A stretch of 64,000 nt of DNA from Calditrichales bacterium (GTDB lineage: Bacteria > Calditrichota > Calditrichia > Calditrichales > J004). Within the stretch, counting starts at the first letter, position 1, and each line of letters starts with the position of its first letter. Position numbers and translations under genes: made by a program. The DNA is taken from the NCBI GenBank assembly GCA_965267575.1, contig OZ254086.1, forward strand, positions 2,944,001 to 3,008,000, in the 5' to 3' direction. This document shows, in pieces, positions 47,592 to 57,830 of this stretch. Below the pieces are notes generated by a model. The model worked only from the letters and a program-made list of their open reading frames with translations, was not told the origin of the DNA and did no database searches.

Positions 47592-50147
47592 CTAAAAGGA
47601 TAATCTCAAAAATATATTTGGCGTAAAGCCATCCTGAAAAACATTTTTGCTTTTCAATTCTCCATCCGATACTTCAAAGCTTTTGTACCAGATGCTCTTC
47701 CTGTCAAGCAGGTTATAAAAACTGCTTCCTATGGCGATTTTGTAAAAACCTGCCTGAAAATTATAATCGATGCTCGCATCCAGCCGCTGTGTGGCAGCAA
47801 GTTGTTGGCCGCCTCTCTCAATGGGCGAGGTCAGTATAAAACTGTCAGAAGTCTTACTGAGCTGCGGGATGGAGTAGTACCTTCCTGCGGCCCATTGCCA
47901 GGCTGCTGAGAAACGCCAGTCTTTTAAACTGTAGGTGGAGACCAGCTTAAGCGTCTGCGGAGACAGACCGGGCAAATTATAATTACCGGTGTTAGATTGT
48001 ACCTCTGCGTCATTATAGCTGTAATTGAGCCAGGCGCTAAATCTCCCAAAGTCCCTGCGCAACATCAGGTCCAGCCCGGAGACAGTTTGGCTGCTCTGCT
48101 CAAGCCGCGAAATAACTGCCGGTGATTGCAACGTATCTATTGTATTGATCTGCTCAATCAGCCCGTCCGCATCTTTACTGAAAATCTCCAGGTCAACATC
48201 CAGCAAACCTGTTTCCCAGGTAAAACCGGCCATGACATTATCCGAAGAAGATGGCTTCAGCACGCCGCCATCGCTGACAAGCCAGCTCAACTGGCCGACA
48301 TAATTGGGAAACTCAAATCCAAAGCTGTTCACAAACTGATGATATCGGCCAAAGGCACCTTTTAGCGAAAAAGCATCGTTGACCATAAAGGCCAGCGACA
48401 AACGCGGTGAGTAATACCACTGCTCTGTGAGGTCAAAGTGTGTTGCCCGCAAGGAAGGTGTCAGCCTTAATCGTTTGTTTATGTCCCAGCGGTCTTCTAT
48501 AAAAACAGCATTGGTAATGCCTTCGATGCCATGCCGTAAAATATCCTCGTATTGCGGGTGCCACTCGTTAAAATCCGTTTCAACCTGGCCGCGGTCAAAA
48601 CCGGCACTCAGCAGATGTCCGTTCCAGCCGCTATACTCTGTACTTATAAATAGCCGGCGTTCATCAAGCCGGTTATTAATGCGCACAGCCTGGGGCAGGG
48701 CAGCCTGAAAAGCATCATTTTTGTCCGTGGTCTGACCGATGCTGTACCGTGAGTAGGACAACATTATTTTGCTTTGCCAGGAGCGATTCCAGACCCGGTA
48801 CCAGTTGGCGCTAAGGCCCTCGGTAGTCCACTGCCAGAGACGCGAACCAAGACCATTGAGCGCCGTGCTGTTGTCTTCAATACGGTCTTCCGTTTTGAGC
48901 AATGTGAAATAGAGCAGATCGCTTTTACCCGCCAGCACGCTCAGCTTGGAATAGAGATCGTAAAAGCGGATATCGGGATTGGACTGTGCTGTTTCGTCCG
49001 ACGGCGACAGGGTTTGCACGAAGTTGTCCATAAAGGGCGGGGCCTGGTTAATCCTGTTGAAGCGCCGTGCCGGTACTTCATTATCAAGGGAATGGCGCCC
49101 GCTTACAATCATGCTGCCCCAATCGGAAATGGGCATCTGCAGCATGCCCTGCGTCGCCATAAGGTTGGCCTCTACATCCACGGATGCCGTGTTGAAGTTG
49201 CCCGTTTTCCCACTCATCTCCACAACCGCCGAAGTGCGCCCGCCAAAGCGCGCCGGAAAAGCGTTCTTGTGGATGCGGATATCTTTTACAACAGATGTAG
49301 GAATGGTGCTTAGAACACCAAAAGCATGATCGGTGTGGTACAGCGCAATGCCGTCCAGGGTGATCAGGTTTTCCGAGGGCAGCCCGCCGCGGATGTTAAG
49401 CGCTGTTGTGGCGTTGGCCGTGCTGCTGACGCCGGGCATAAAATGCAGGGCATGCAGGGCGTCGCTGCCGCTGAACATGGGCAATTGCCGGAACAGCCCT
49501 GTTGAGAGGGCAAGCCCGCTTCCACGGGCATCAAACTGAATTGGCGGGGAGCTGTTTTCCTTAACCGTTACGGATTCCGTTTGCAGCACCCGCGGGGAAA
49601 GGCGGATCAACAGGTTTGGCGTGAGATTGCTGCTTTGCAGTGCAATGGTACGTGCCGCATAGCCCATATAGTCCGCGGAAAGAGCAGTAACATCAGCGGG
49701 TACCTGCGCCAGCCGGAAACGCCCGTCGCTATTAGAGGTTGTGCCCAGGCCGGTACCGGGGATATAAATGTTGGCGTAGGGCAGAGTTTCGCCGGTCTCG
49801 GCATCCAGCACCCAGCCGTAAACATCTATATTGCGCCGCTCTTTTTTATATAAAACAATCTGCGATTCGCCTTCGCGGGCAAATGAAATAGCCCTGTCCT
49901 TTAAAAGCACGCTAAGCGCTTCTTCGATTGTTGCCTCTTCAATAGACGCCGTAACGGTCTGCCCCTGCAGCAGGTCATCGGCATAAAGAATATCGATGCG
50001 GTACAGTTGGCTTAGACGCGCAAGCGCATCGCCCAAGGCTACATTTTCCAGGCTGAGACCGGCGCTTTCCGGCTGGCGCGCAAACTGCGCCTGAGCCACT
50101 GAGGCAATCGTTACAAACAAAAAAGATATGATTAGAAATCGTCTCAT
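47592..50147 (-). CDS. TonB-dependent receptor/transducer with N-terminal STN and carboxypeptidase-regulatory-like domains
   Basis: STN (L.DAL..LS..Y.I.I.Y), G.V.DAETGE.LPYANI...GT.SN.DG.F, plug IRGG...EN...LDG, FPARFGGR.S, terminal F. Confidence 0.88.
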   Translation of the reverse strand: MRRFLIISFLFVTIASVAQAQFARQPESAGLSLENVALGDALARLSQLYRIDILYADDLLQGQTVTASIEEATIEEALSVLLKDRAISFAREGESQIVLYKKERRNIDVYGWVLDAETGETLPYANIYIPGTGLGTTSNSDGRFRLAQVPADVTALSADYMGYAARTIALQSSNLTPNLLIRLSPRVLQTESVTVKENSSPPIQFDARGSGLALSTGLFRQLPMFSGSDALHALHFMPGVSSTANATTALNIRGGLPSENLITLDGIALYHTDHAFGVLSTIPTSVVKDIRIHKNAFPARFGGRTSAVVEMSGKTGNFNTASVDVEANLMATQGMLQMPISDWGSMIVSGRHSLDNEVPARRFNRINQAPPFMDNFVQTLSPSDETAQSNPDIRFYDLYSKLSVLAGKSDLLYFTLLKTEDRIEDNSTALNGLGSRLWQWTTEGLSANWYRVWNRSWQSKIMLSYSRYSIGQTTDKNDAFQAALPQAVRINNRLDERRLFISTEYSGWNGHLLSAGFDRGQVETDFNEWHPQYEDILRHGIEGITNAVFIEDRWDINKRLRLTPSLRATHFDLTEQWYYSPRLSLAFMVNDAFSLKGAFGRYHQFVNSFGFEFPNYVGQLSWLVSDGGVLKPSSSDNVMAGFTWETGLLDVDLEIFSKDADGLIEQINTIDTLQSPAVISRLEQSSQTVSGLDLMLRRDFGRFSAWLNYSYNDAEVQSNTGNYNLPGLSPQTLKLVSTYSLKDWRFSAAWQWAAGRYYSIPQLSKTSDSFILTSPIERGGQQLAATQRLDASIDYNFQAGFYKIAIGSSFYNLLDRKSIWYKSFEVSDGELKSKNVFQDGFTPNIFLRLSF

Positions 50148-51136
50148 TAGTCTCGGCTGATGATGTAATGATCATTTTGTTTGGCATATTGCAGATTAAG
50201 GGCAAGACAGAATGATTCAAGCGTTGCGTCGATCGACTTGTAGGCGTAGGAGCCGGACATGGTAAGTGAGCGCAGCTCGTTTCCGGCAATATCAATCTTA
50301 ACGCCGTAGCGTCTTTCCAATTCATCCACGGCTTCGTCGAGCGGCGTTTTGTGAAACACAAAGCGGTCATCGAGCCAGCCGATCAGATAGCCGGCGTCGA
50401 CCTGTTCCTCCAGAATGCCTCTGTCTCCCGCAGCAGCGATGCCTCTTTCGTTTACTGTAAGTTCTACTGAATCACGGCCGGCCACATCCTTCAGGCGGAC
50501 GATACCTTCACGCACAATAACTTCCGTACGCTGGTAACGGCTGTTCACGTCAAACTCCGTCCCGACAACAGTCACCGTGCCGTGGTCCGTTTCCACCAGA
50601 AAGACAAGCCCGTTATTTTGCACCTTAAAGAAAGCCTGTCCCTGCAGAAAAACGCGGCGATCGCTTTCTCCGTAAGTTTCGGCCAGACGCAGCCTGCTGT
50701 CGGCATTCATCCGCACAACACTGCCATCAGGTAATTTCACTGTTTTGGTTTCTGCCACGGTCGTTGCGAACTCAGATGGCGCGGAGAAGGGCTGTTGCAG
50801 AAAGACGTAGCCGGCAACCGCCAGCAAAACCGCTGCCGCTGCAACCCACACAGGACGCATAAAGCTGTGGCTTTTAGCTTCTCCGCCAAGGGTGTGCACG
50901 TTACCCGGACGAGTGTTTCCGGCCATTTCTTTTTCCAGCCGGCTCCAGACGATTTCTTTGTCCGGAATATTTTCAGGCTCAGCGCCTTTTATACGCTCAA
51001 GCAAGCGGAGATACTTTTCATAAAGTGCTTTATGAGCCGGATCATCATCAAGCCAGGCTTCAAATTCAGCACGAACGGTAGCATCGTCCGGAGCACTGAG
51101 GTATTTTTCGATAATATGTATTTCCATTCTACCCAT
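50147..51136 (-). CDS. fecR: FecR-family anti-sigma factor
   Basis: N-terminal W...DP.H, TM helix, LPDGSVVRMNADS, R.V.L.G.AFF.V, V.V.GT.F.V, W....F.F..TPL...LERRYGV. Confidence 0.9.
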   Translation of the reverse strand: MGRMEIHIIEKYLSAPDDATVRAEFEAWLDDDPAHKALYEKYLRLLERIKGAEPENIPDKEIVWSRLEKEMAGNTRPGNVHTLGGEAKSHSFMRPVWVAAAAVLLAVAGYVFLQQPFSAPSEFATTVAETKTVKLPDGSVVRMNADSRLRLAETYGESDRRVFLQGQAFFKVQNNGLVFLVETDHGTVTVVGTEFDVNSRYQRTEVIVREGIVRLKDVAGRDSVELTVNERGIAAAGDRGILEEQVDAGYLIGWLDDRFVFHKTPLDEAVDELERRYGVKIDIAGNELRSLTMSGSYAYKSIDATLESFCLALNLQYAKQNDHYIISRD

Positions 51137-51164
51137 TAAACAATCTTATTTTTTCACCCATTTA

Positions 51165-51192
51165 TACGCACTTACCCGCAAAAACCCCACCC
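51165..51192 (-). promoter_or_regulatory. Putative ECF-sigma promoter upstream of fecR-TBDR
   Basis: Minus strand GGTGGGG-tttttgcgggtaagtg-CGTAT, matching the motif at 51825-51853. Confidence 0.5.
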
Positions 51193-51749
51193 TAAAAAAG
51201 CCCCTGCAAAAAAATAAAAACCACAAGAGCCAGCATAAATTTCCTGAGCTTCTTCAGGGCGCCGGTTATGCGCTTTTCCACCGCTTTAACCGATATACCC
51301 AAAATGTCGGCAATCTCCTTATTCTTAAAGCCCTCAACATGGCGCATCATCAGCACCTGTTGTTGTTTGTCGCTCAGCTTTTCCAAAGCCGATTCCAGCG
51401 CTTCCTTTTCAGCAATTTCAGTTTCATTGTCCTCTTCGCTGGCCTGTTCCACAACAAATTCAAGCGGGCTGTGCATGCGAACAGACTTTTTGCGCAACAG
51501 GTCTATGGATTGATTGATGACGGAGCGGTAAAGAAAAGATTTGATGCTTTGCGTCTCGTCCAGCGTGCTGCGGTTCTGCCACATCTTGCTGAAGACATCC
51601 TGGATAATATCGAGGCTGCTTTCCTGGTCGCGTGTGCGGCGCCAGGCGAAGCGGTACAACTCCTCATAATAATGTTCATACAGGACCCGGAAAGCGACGG
51701 CATCCGATTTTTTGATGCGGGTAATCAGGTCGTTTTCGTTGATATTCAT
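51192..51749 (-). CDS. ECF RNA polymerase sigma-70 factor
   Basis: AF..LY..YY..L, DIIQDVF..MW, KSFLY....N, L...QQQV..MR..EG...KEIA..LGIS.KAVE, hydrophobic C-tail. Start may be 51749 or 51785. Confidence 0.9.
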   Translation of the reverse strand: MNINENDLITRIKKSDAVAFRVLYEHYYEELYRFAWRRTRDQESSLDIIQDVFSKMWQNRSTLDETQSIKSFLYRSVINQSIDLLRKKSVRMHSPLEFVVEQASEEDNETEIAEKEALESALEKLSDKQQQVLMMRHVEGFKNKEIADILGISVKAVEKRITGALKKLRKFMLALVVFIFLQGLF

Positions 51750-51824
51750 AAGCGGCCAATCATACAAATTTTCAAAAAACGGCACAATACAGAATGCTTC
51801 GCGGGGTGCTTAAAAATTATTCAA

Positions 51825-51853
51825 GGTAGGGTTTGAATACCCCTTGTCCGTAT
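51825..51853 (+). promoter_or_regulatory. Putative ECF-sigma promoter for the divergent DUF4397-like gene
   Basis: GGTAGGG-tttgaataccccttgtc-CGTAT, 47 nt upstream of the ATG at 51901 (AAGGAGG RBS). Confidence 0.5.
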
Positions 51854-51900
51854 CAAAGCCACAGACGATCGAAATTTAAACTAACCCCAAGGAGGTTCCC

Positions 51901-54900
51901 ATGAGAGGCTTTATTGCTTCCATTTTTACGATTGTCCTGTTGGCTTCCGCCGGCTTTTCGCAAACGGCGCGCTTGCAGGTCATTCACAACTCGGCCGATC
52001 CCGCGGCTGAAACCGTTGATGTTTATCTCTATAATAACAGCAGCGAACAGGTAGTCATCAAGCTGGATGACTTTGCTTTCCGCAGCGCGACACCGTTTGT
52101 GGATGCACCGGCCGGTGACGAGTTGAGCGCCATTTTCGCCGCTCCTGCCAGCAACGGCCCGGACGATCAGGTTATTACTACCATCGCGCTGGGTGCGCTG
52201 GCCGAAAATGAAACCTATGTGGCTGTTGCCAATGGTGTGGTTGGTGAAGGCTTTGCTGCCAATCCCGACGGTGAAAGCATCGGTTTCACAGTTTTCGCTT
52301 ATGGCGATATCCGCGAAGCGGCTGCTGACAGCATCCAGGTGGAGTTTGTAGTAATGCACGGCTCGACAGACGCGCCCGCTGTTGATGTGACGGCGCGCGG
52401 TGTTGCCAAAATTGTTGATGACGCCAAATACGGTGACGCCACCGGCTACATTGGCGTTCCGCAAGGTGAGTACCTTTTGGATGTAACGCCCGCCGATGAC
52501 GCAGACAATACGCTGGTCGGAACCTTTAAAGCCGACCTAAGCGGTCTGAACGGCGCAGCGGCATTTGTCTTTGCTTCCGGTTTTTTGAATCCTGCCGCCA
52601 ACAATGACGGGCCTGCTTTTGGCATTTTCGCCGCGCTGCCCAGTGGCGACGTGGTGGAGTTTCCGGCACAGACAACCGCCCGCCTGCAGGTGATCCATAA
52701 TTCGGCTGATCCCGCGGCTGCCACAGTAGACGTTTATCTTTACAATAACGATGCTGACGAGACGGTCATTAAGCTGGATGATTTCGCTTTTCGCAGCGCG
52801 ACTGCTTTTGTAGACGCGCCGGCGCAGGCTGACCTGAGCGCTATTTTCGCCGCTCCGTCCAGCACGGGTCCGGAAGACCAGGTGGTTACCACGGTGGCCC
52901 TCGGAAGTCTTACACCGGCTGAAACTTACATTGCCGTCGCCAACGGCATTATCGGTGAAGGCTTCGCGGCCAACCCCGACGGCAGAGAGATTGGCTTTAC
53001 CGTATTCGCATTCAATGATATCCGTGAAACAGCGGTCGATGACAGTAAGGTTGAGTTTGTCGTGCTGCACGGCGCCACAGATGCCCCCGGCGTTGATGTT
53101 ACGGCGCGCGACGTAGCTAAAATTGTTGATGATGCCGCTTATGGCGATCTCACGTCTTACATCGGCGTACCGGCGGACAGCTACCTGCTGGACATTACCC
53201 CCGCCGATGACAACAATAATACTCTGGTTGGAACCTTTAAGGCCGATTTAAGCGGTCTGCAGGGTGGTGCGGCCGTCGTGTTTGCTTCCGGTTTCCTGAG
53301 CCCGGCCGACAATAATGACGGTCCCGCTTTTGGGCTATTCGCCGCCTTACCGACAGGCGATGTGGTTGAGTTCCCGGCCGAGACAACAGCACGTCTGCAG
53401 GTGATTCACAACTCGGCTGATCCGGCTGCTGCCACGGTCGATGTTTATCTCTATAACAACGACGCCGATGAAACCGTCATCAAGCTGGATGATTTTTCGT
53501 TCCGCAGCGCGACCGCATTTGTCGATGCTCCGGCACAAGCTGATCTAAGCGCCATTTTCGCGGCCCCGTCCAGCACGGGTCCGGAAGACCAGGTGGTTAC
53601 GACCATCGCGCTGGGTAGCCTTGTGCCCGCCGAAACCTATGTGGCAATCGCCAACGGTGTAATTGGCGACGGTTTTGCTGAGAATCCCAATGGCAAGGAC
53701 ATCTCCTTTACCGTATTCGCGTTCGGCGATATGCGTGAGCAGGCTGCAAACCAGTCGGATGTGAACTTTGCCATCTTCCATGGCGCCACGGATGCACCGG
53801 CGGTGGATGTTATTGCTCGCGGCGTAACCGAACTGGCCGGTGAGGTACAGTATGGCGACATTACCGAGTACATCGCCGTGCCCGCCGCACCTTACACTAT
53901 TGATATCGCCGCTTCCGGCAGCCAGGGAACGATCGTAAAGTCCTTCGGTGTAAATCTTAGCAACCTGGGTGGCGGCGCCGCTGTTGTGTTTGCTTCAGGA
54001 TTCCTGAACCCTGCGGAAAATAACGACGGTCCGGCCTTCGGCCTGTATGCCGCGCTTCCTTCCGGTGATGTTGTAGGTTTCCCTGTGCTGGCGACGGCCC
54101 GTCTACAGATTATCCACAATGCTGCAGATCCTGCGGCCAACAGCGTGGATATCTATCTCTATAATGACAGCGGCGACAGCGTAATCGTGAAGCTGGATGA
54201 TTTTGTTTTCCAGGGCGCCACGCCTTTTATCGACGCCCCGGCCAACGCTGAACTGAGCGCTATCGTGGCCCTGCCCAGCAGCAGCGGTCCTGAAAACGGC
54301 GTTGTAACAGCCAAGTCCATCGGCGCTTTATTGGGGGGTGAGACATATATCGCCGTGGCCAATGGTGTCATCTCGCCCGGCAATTTCGAGGAAAATCCTG
54401 ATGGCCGGGACCGTGCTTTCTCGCTGCTGATCAACTCCACCGCGCGTGAACAGGCCGATTCAGCCGATGTAGACCTGCTGGTTCTGCACGGCGCAACGGA
54501 TGCCCCGACGGTTGATGTTGTGGCCCGTGGCGTAGGTGTGCTGGTCGATAACGCCGGTTACGGTGATTTCAGTAATTACATTTCCGTAAGCCCCGGCGCT
54601 TACGTGCTCGATATTACGCCAGGCAATGATAATTCCACCGTGGTTGCATCCTTTGATGCCGACCTGCGTGGTTTGGGCGGCGAGTCGCTGGTAGTAATGG
54701 CTTCCGGTTTTCTTTCGCCGGAAAATGATAATAACGGAGAAAGTTTTGGTTTGATTGCCATAACGGCTGACGGCCAGTCGATTCCGTTGAGCGTTGTCTC
54801 CTCGCTGGAAAAAGAAGGCCTTACTGTCCCGAAAAAATTCAGCCTGGAGCAGAACTATCCCAACCCGTTCAACCCGACAACGGTGATCCGCTTTGCTGTC

Positions 54901-55095
54901 CCGAAAACGCAGGAGGTAAAGCTGAATGTTTATGACATCAACGGGCGTCTGGTTGGCCGTCTGGTCAATGGTTCTTTAAACGCCGGCGAGTATGAGTTTA
55001 CCTTCGATGCTTCCGGTCTGGGCTCGGGCATTTATTTCTACCGCATCGAGGCCGGATCGTTTGTACAGACCAAGCGCATGACACTGATCAAGTAA
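51901..55095 (+). CDS. Secreted protein with four tandem ~237-aa DUF4397-like units and C-terminal sorting domain
   Basis: TARLQ(V/I)IHN.ADPAA begins at 51964, 52675, 53386 and 54094. Each unit has HG.TDAP.VDV and ASGFL.P..N. C-terminus QNYPNPFNPTT...KRMTLIK. Confidence 0.85.
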   Translation: MRGFIASIFTIVLLASAGFSQTARLQVIHNSADPAAETVDVYLYNNSSEQVVIKLDDFAFRSATPFVDAPAGDELSAIFAAPASNGPDDQVITTIALGALAENETYVAVANGVVGEGFAANPDGESIGFTVFAYGDIREAAADSIQVEFVVMHGSTDAPAVDVTARGVAKIVDDAKYGDATGYIGVPQGEYLLDVTPADDADNTLVGTFKADLSGLNGAAAFVFASGFLNPAANNDGPAFGIFAALPSGDVVEFPAQTTARLQVIHNSADPAAATVDVYLYNNDADETVIKLDDFAFRSATAFVDAPAQADLSAIFAAPSSTGPEDQVVTTVALGSLTPAETYIAVANGIIGEGFAANPDGREIGFTVFAFNDIRETAVDDSKVEFVVLHGATDAPGVDVTARDVAKIVDDAAYGDLTSYIGVPADSYLLDITPADDNNNTLVGTFKADLSGLQGGAAVVFASGFLSPADNNDGPAFGLFAALPTGDVVEFPAETTARLQVIHNSADPAAATVDVYLYNNDADETVIKLDDFSFRSATAFVDAPAQADLSAIFAAPSSTGPEDQVVTTIALGSLVPAETYVAIANGVIGDGFAENPNGKDISFTVFAFGDMREQAANQSDVNFAIFHGATDAPAVDVIARGVTELAGEVQYGDITEYIAVPAAPYTIDIAASGSQGTIVKSFGVNLSNLGGGAAVVFASGFLNPAENNDGPAFGLYAALPSGDVVGFPVLATARLQIIHNAADPAANSVDIYLYNDSGDSVIVKLDDFVFQGATPFIDAPANAELSAIVALPSSSGPENGVVTAKSIGALLGGETYIAVANGVISPGNFEENPDGRDRAFSLLINSTAREQADSADVDLLVLHGATDAPTVDVVARGVGVLVDNAGYGDFSNYISVSPGAYVLDITPGNDNSTVVASFDADLRGLGGESLVVMASGFLSPENDNNGESFGLIAITADGQSIPLSVVSSLEKEGLTVPKKFSLEQNYPNPFNPTTVIRFAVPKTQEVKLNVYDINGRLVGRLVNGSLNAGEYEFTFDASGLGSGIYFYRIEAGSFVQTKRMTLIK

Positions 55096-55120
55096 AAACG
55101 TAATCCTCCCCAAGCCCCCC

Positions 55121-55156
55121 AAGGCGGATGCCATCCCGACGGCATTCGCCTTTTTT
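55121..55156. terminator. Terminator between convergent genes
   Basis: aaggcggatgcc-atcccgac-ggcattcgcctt followed by a T run. Confidence 0.7.
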
Positions 55157-56468
55157 ATTTTGATTCTTTTTCTATACTACGCAGCCGGAACGACAGAAGG
55201 AAAATTATACCTACTAATGCAGCGGGTATTAGAAATGTTATCTCCTGCAGTTGGGCGTATAACAGGCTGCCGGTGATCAAGCCAATAATGCTGGCCAGGC
55301 TTCCGGCGCTTCCGGCATAGCCCTGCACGGCACCCTGGTAGGTATTACCCGCCGCCTTTGAAAGAATCGACAAAAAAGAAGGCCACATGATGCCGTTGCC
55401 CAAAGCAAAAAGCAACAAAGCCGTTAATATGGCCGGATTGTTTGGCTGTACGAAAAAAGCAAAGCCAATGCCCAGAAAAAGGCTGCCGGCTATCGCCAGT
55501 GTGCTGTCCGAAAAGCGGTCCGAAAGGCGATTGAGCAGGGGACCCTGCACGAGCACCATGCATAACCCAAGCAGTGAAAAGAATAGCCCCAACCGGAAAA
55601 GGCTCCAGCCCAGGTTTTGCACGGCATGCACGGGAAAAGCGACATAAAAAAAGTTAAAGGCCAGAAATATTGCAAAGTAAAGAAGCAGGATAAAAGCGAC
55701 GTGGTTAAGGCGCAGAATCCCGCTCAGGCCCAGCTTTTGGGCGCCCTTTAGATTGTAGCATTCTTTATGCTCCTGGCCCATTACTTTTTTGATGCTGTTG
55801 CCCAGTGGTTTTGACAAAACGCAGGGATTGGATTCCGGCAGACGAGAGGCAATTACAAATATGGCAATCAGTGAAACGACCAGCGCTACCAGGACGGGAA
55901 GGAGCTCTTCGAGTGGCGTTTCTCCAAGCACGCCGGCCAGGGCAGGGCCTAAAATAAATCCCAGGTTGGCCGATGCGGCCATTTTGCCAAAGTTGGCTTT
56001 ACGTTCCTTTTCAGTGGTGATATCGGCGAGGTAAGCGTTAGCCACGGATACATTGCCGCCGGTGATGCCATCCAGCGCGCGGGCGGCAAACAACACAATT
56101 AAAGGCAGAGAAATGGCGAAACTACCTATGCCCCCCAGATGTAAAGTATTTACGCCGGATACCGGTATCTGCAGCGCGATGACGAAAAGAATCCAGGCCA
56201 GGAATGTCCCGCCTTGGCTTAACAATAGTATTTTTTTACGTCCATAACGGTCGGACCAGTTGCCGAGCAGCGGCGCGCCGATAAACTGGAACAGCGAATA
56301 TGTTGCTCCCATGATGCCGTATGTGAGTTCGTTGCCGCCAAACTTAAGAACAAGAATAATTAGGAAGGGCAGGATGATGCTGTATCCTAATGTCCCAATG
56401 AAATTTACCAGCAGGATAGGCAAAAGACCAATGGCGGCCAGGCTTTGTGGCGGGGGTGGTTTTTTCAT
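55155..56468 (-). CDS. MFS transporter (DHA1/TetA-like)
   Basis: GNWSDRYGRK motif A, RALDGITGGN.SVA.AYLAD, G.ILGPA. Confidence 0.9.
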   Translation of the reverse strand: MKKPPPPQSLAAIGLLPILLVNFIGTLGYSIILPFLIILVLKFGGNELTYGIMGATYSLFQFIGAPLLGNWSDRYGRKKILLLSQGGTFLAWILFVIALQIPVSGVNTLHLGGIGSFAISLPLIVLFAARALDGITGGNVSVANAYLADITTEKERKANFGKMAASANLGFILGPALAGVLGETPLEELLPVLVALVVSLIAIFVIASRLPESNPCVLSKPLGNSIKKVMGQEHKECYNLKGAQKLGLSGILRLNHVAFILLLYFAIFLAFNFFYVAFPVHAVQNLGWSLFRLGLFFSLLGLCMVLVQGPLLNRLSDRFSDSTLAIAGSLFLGIGFAFFVQPNNPAILTALLLFALGNGIMWPSFLSILSKAAGNTYQGAVQGYAGSAGSLASIIGLITGSLLYAQLQEITFLIPAALVGIIFLLSFRLRSIEKESK

Positions 56469-56523
56469 ACCGGTAACAATACATATTTATGGCGCCGTAC
56501 TCAAGCAGCATGCAGCAGGCACG

Positions 56524-57762
56524 TTACGGTTCGTTGGGCAAATTAAGTGAATCCTGCGCCGTGTCGTGAAAATAGTTGCGGTAAACCTGCATAAAACCGG
56601 GCAGCATGTCGCTTACAAAGCCGGTAGGCGCGTTACTGAGGATGGCAATGGCCCAGCGGTTTTCAGGGTCCAGGGCCACGGCGCTGCTATAGCTGTTTAC
56701 ATAGCCGCCGTGATAGATAATTTTCTCTTCGCCTACTTCCATAACGCGCCAGCCCATGGCGTAGGATATCTTTTGGATGCCCGGCCAGCTGCGCCGGTAG
56801 TAGTAACGCATCGGCACGCGCACATTTGGCTTATAAAGTGAATCCAGCGTTGCCTGCCGCACGATGTCGGGGCGGTTGCCCAGCAGGGCCTGCAGCAATC
56901 CGGCCATGTCGCGGATGCTGGCGTTCATGCCGCCGGCGGGTACAGCGTTGTAGTATTTGTCGGAAATCGAAGCGGGTACCCAGTTGCTGTCGGCGAAAAC
57001 ATGGGGAAGGGCGTGGTTGCTGTTTGCCGTCATGGCCTCTTTGCTGGAAGATGCGTCATCCATGTGCAGCGGGGTAAAAAGCTTTGTGTGCAGCAGAGAA
57101 TCAAACCCTGCCGTACTCACGGAATCGATTATCTCAGCGATAAGGCTAAAGGCAACGTTCTGGTAACTGTAAATGCGCCCTGGGCTGGAGATGAGGTCGA
57201 CGTTTCTCAGTATCTGTGTTACCGTTGCCAGGTTGCGACCGTTCTCAATCACGTTGGTGTAGCTGTGGTAGGGCAGCCCGGTGGTATGGGAAAGCAGGTG
57301 GCGGATGGCAAGCGAATCGCTGTATTGTTTGTTTTTCAGACTGAAACGGGGCAGGTAGCGCAGTACTTTGTCATCCCAGCCGATGAGGGAATCCTGCACG
57401 ATCAGGCCGGTGAGCAGGGCGCTTATGCCCTTGGAAACCGAACCCAGGCGAAAGACCGTACGCACGTCGATCGGATCGGCCTTGGAGCTGCTTTGAAGGC
57501 CGTAGCCTCTCATAAATATGACGCTGGAATCGCGGATAACCACGAGCGCCGCGCCGGGTGTCCGGCTGGAGTCCATTTGGGCGCGGGCCAGCGAATCTAA
57601 ATCATTTGCAAATCCGGTGATGCGCGGATCGACATGCCCTTTTTCATTGTTCGTATCTTCGGCCGAATGAATACTGGCCAGAACAATAAATACGGCCAAA
57701 GGCAGTATCACAATCATTGCAATAAATAAGGGATGCTTAGTAGCAAAAAACTTTTTTATCAT
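56524..57762 (-). CDS. Serine hydrolase, beta-lactamase class C/PBP-like family
   Basis: FRLGSVSK (SxxK), LLSHTTGL, YSYQN (YxN), HGG, N-terminal anchor. Confidence 0.88.
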   Translation of the reverse strand: MIKKFFATKHPLFIAMIVILPLAVFIVLASIHSAEDTNNEKGHVDPRITGFANDLDSLARAQMDSSRTPGAALVVIRDSSVIFMRGYGLQSSSKADPIDVRTVFRLGSVSKGISALLTGLIVQDSLIGWDDKVLRYLPRFSLKNKQYSDSLAIRHLLSHTTGLPYHSYTNVIENGRNLATVTQILRNVDLISSPGRIYSYQNVAFSLIAEIIDSVSTAGFDSLLHTKLFTPLHMDDASSSKEAMTANSNHALPHVFADSNWVPASISDKYYNAVPAGGMNASIRDMAGLLQALLGNRPDIVRQATLDSLYKPNVRVPMRYYYRRSWPGIQKISYAMGWRVMEVGEEKIIYHGGYVNSYSSAVALDPENRWAIAILSNAPTGFVSDMLPGFMQVYRNYFHDTAQDSLNLPNEP

Positions 57763-57830
57763 AAATTGTAATTCGTTTAATATAAAAGCGGAAGGAAACT
57801 TAAGGCTTAAAGAGCAAAAGTTCTAATGAT

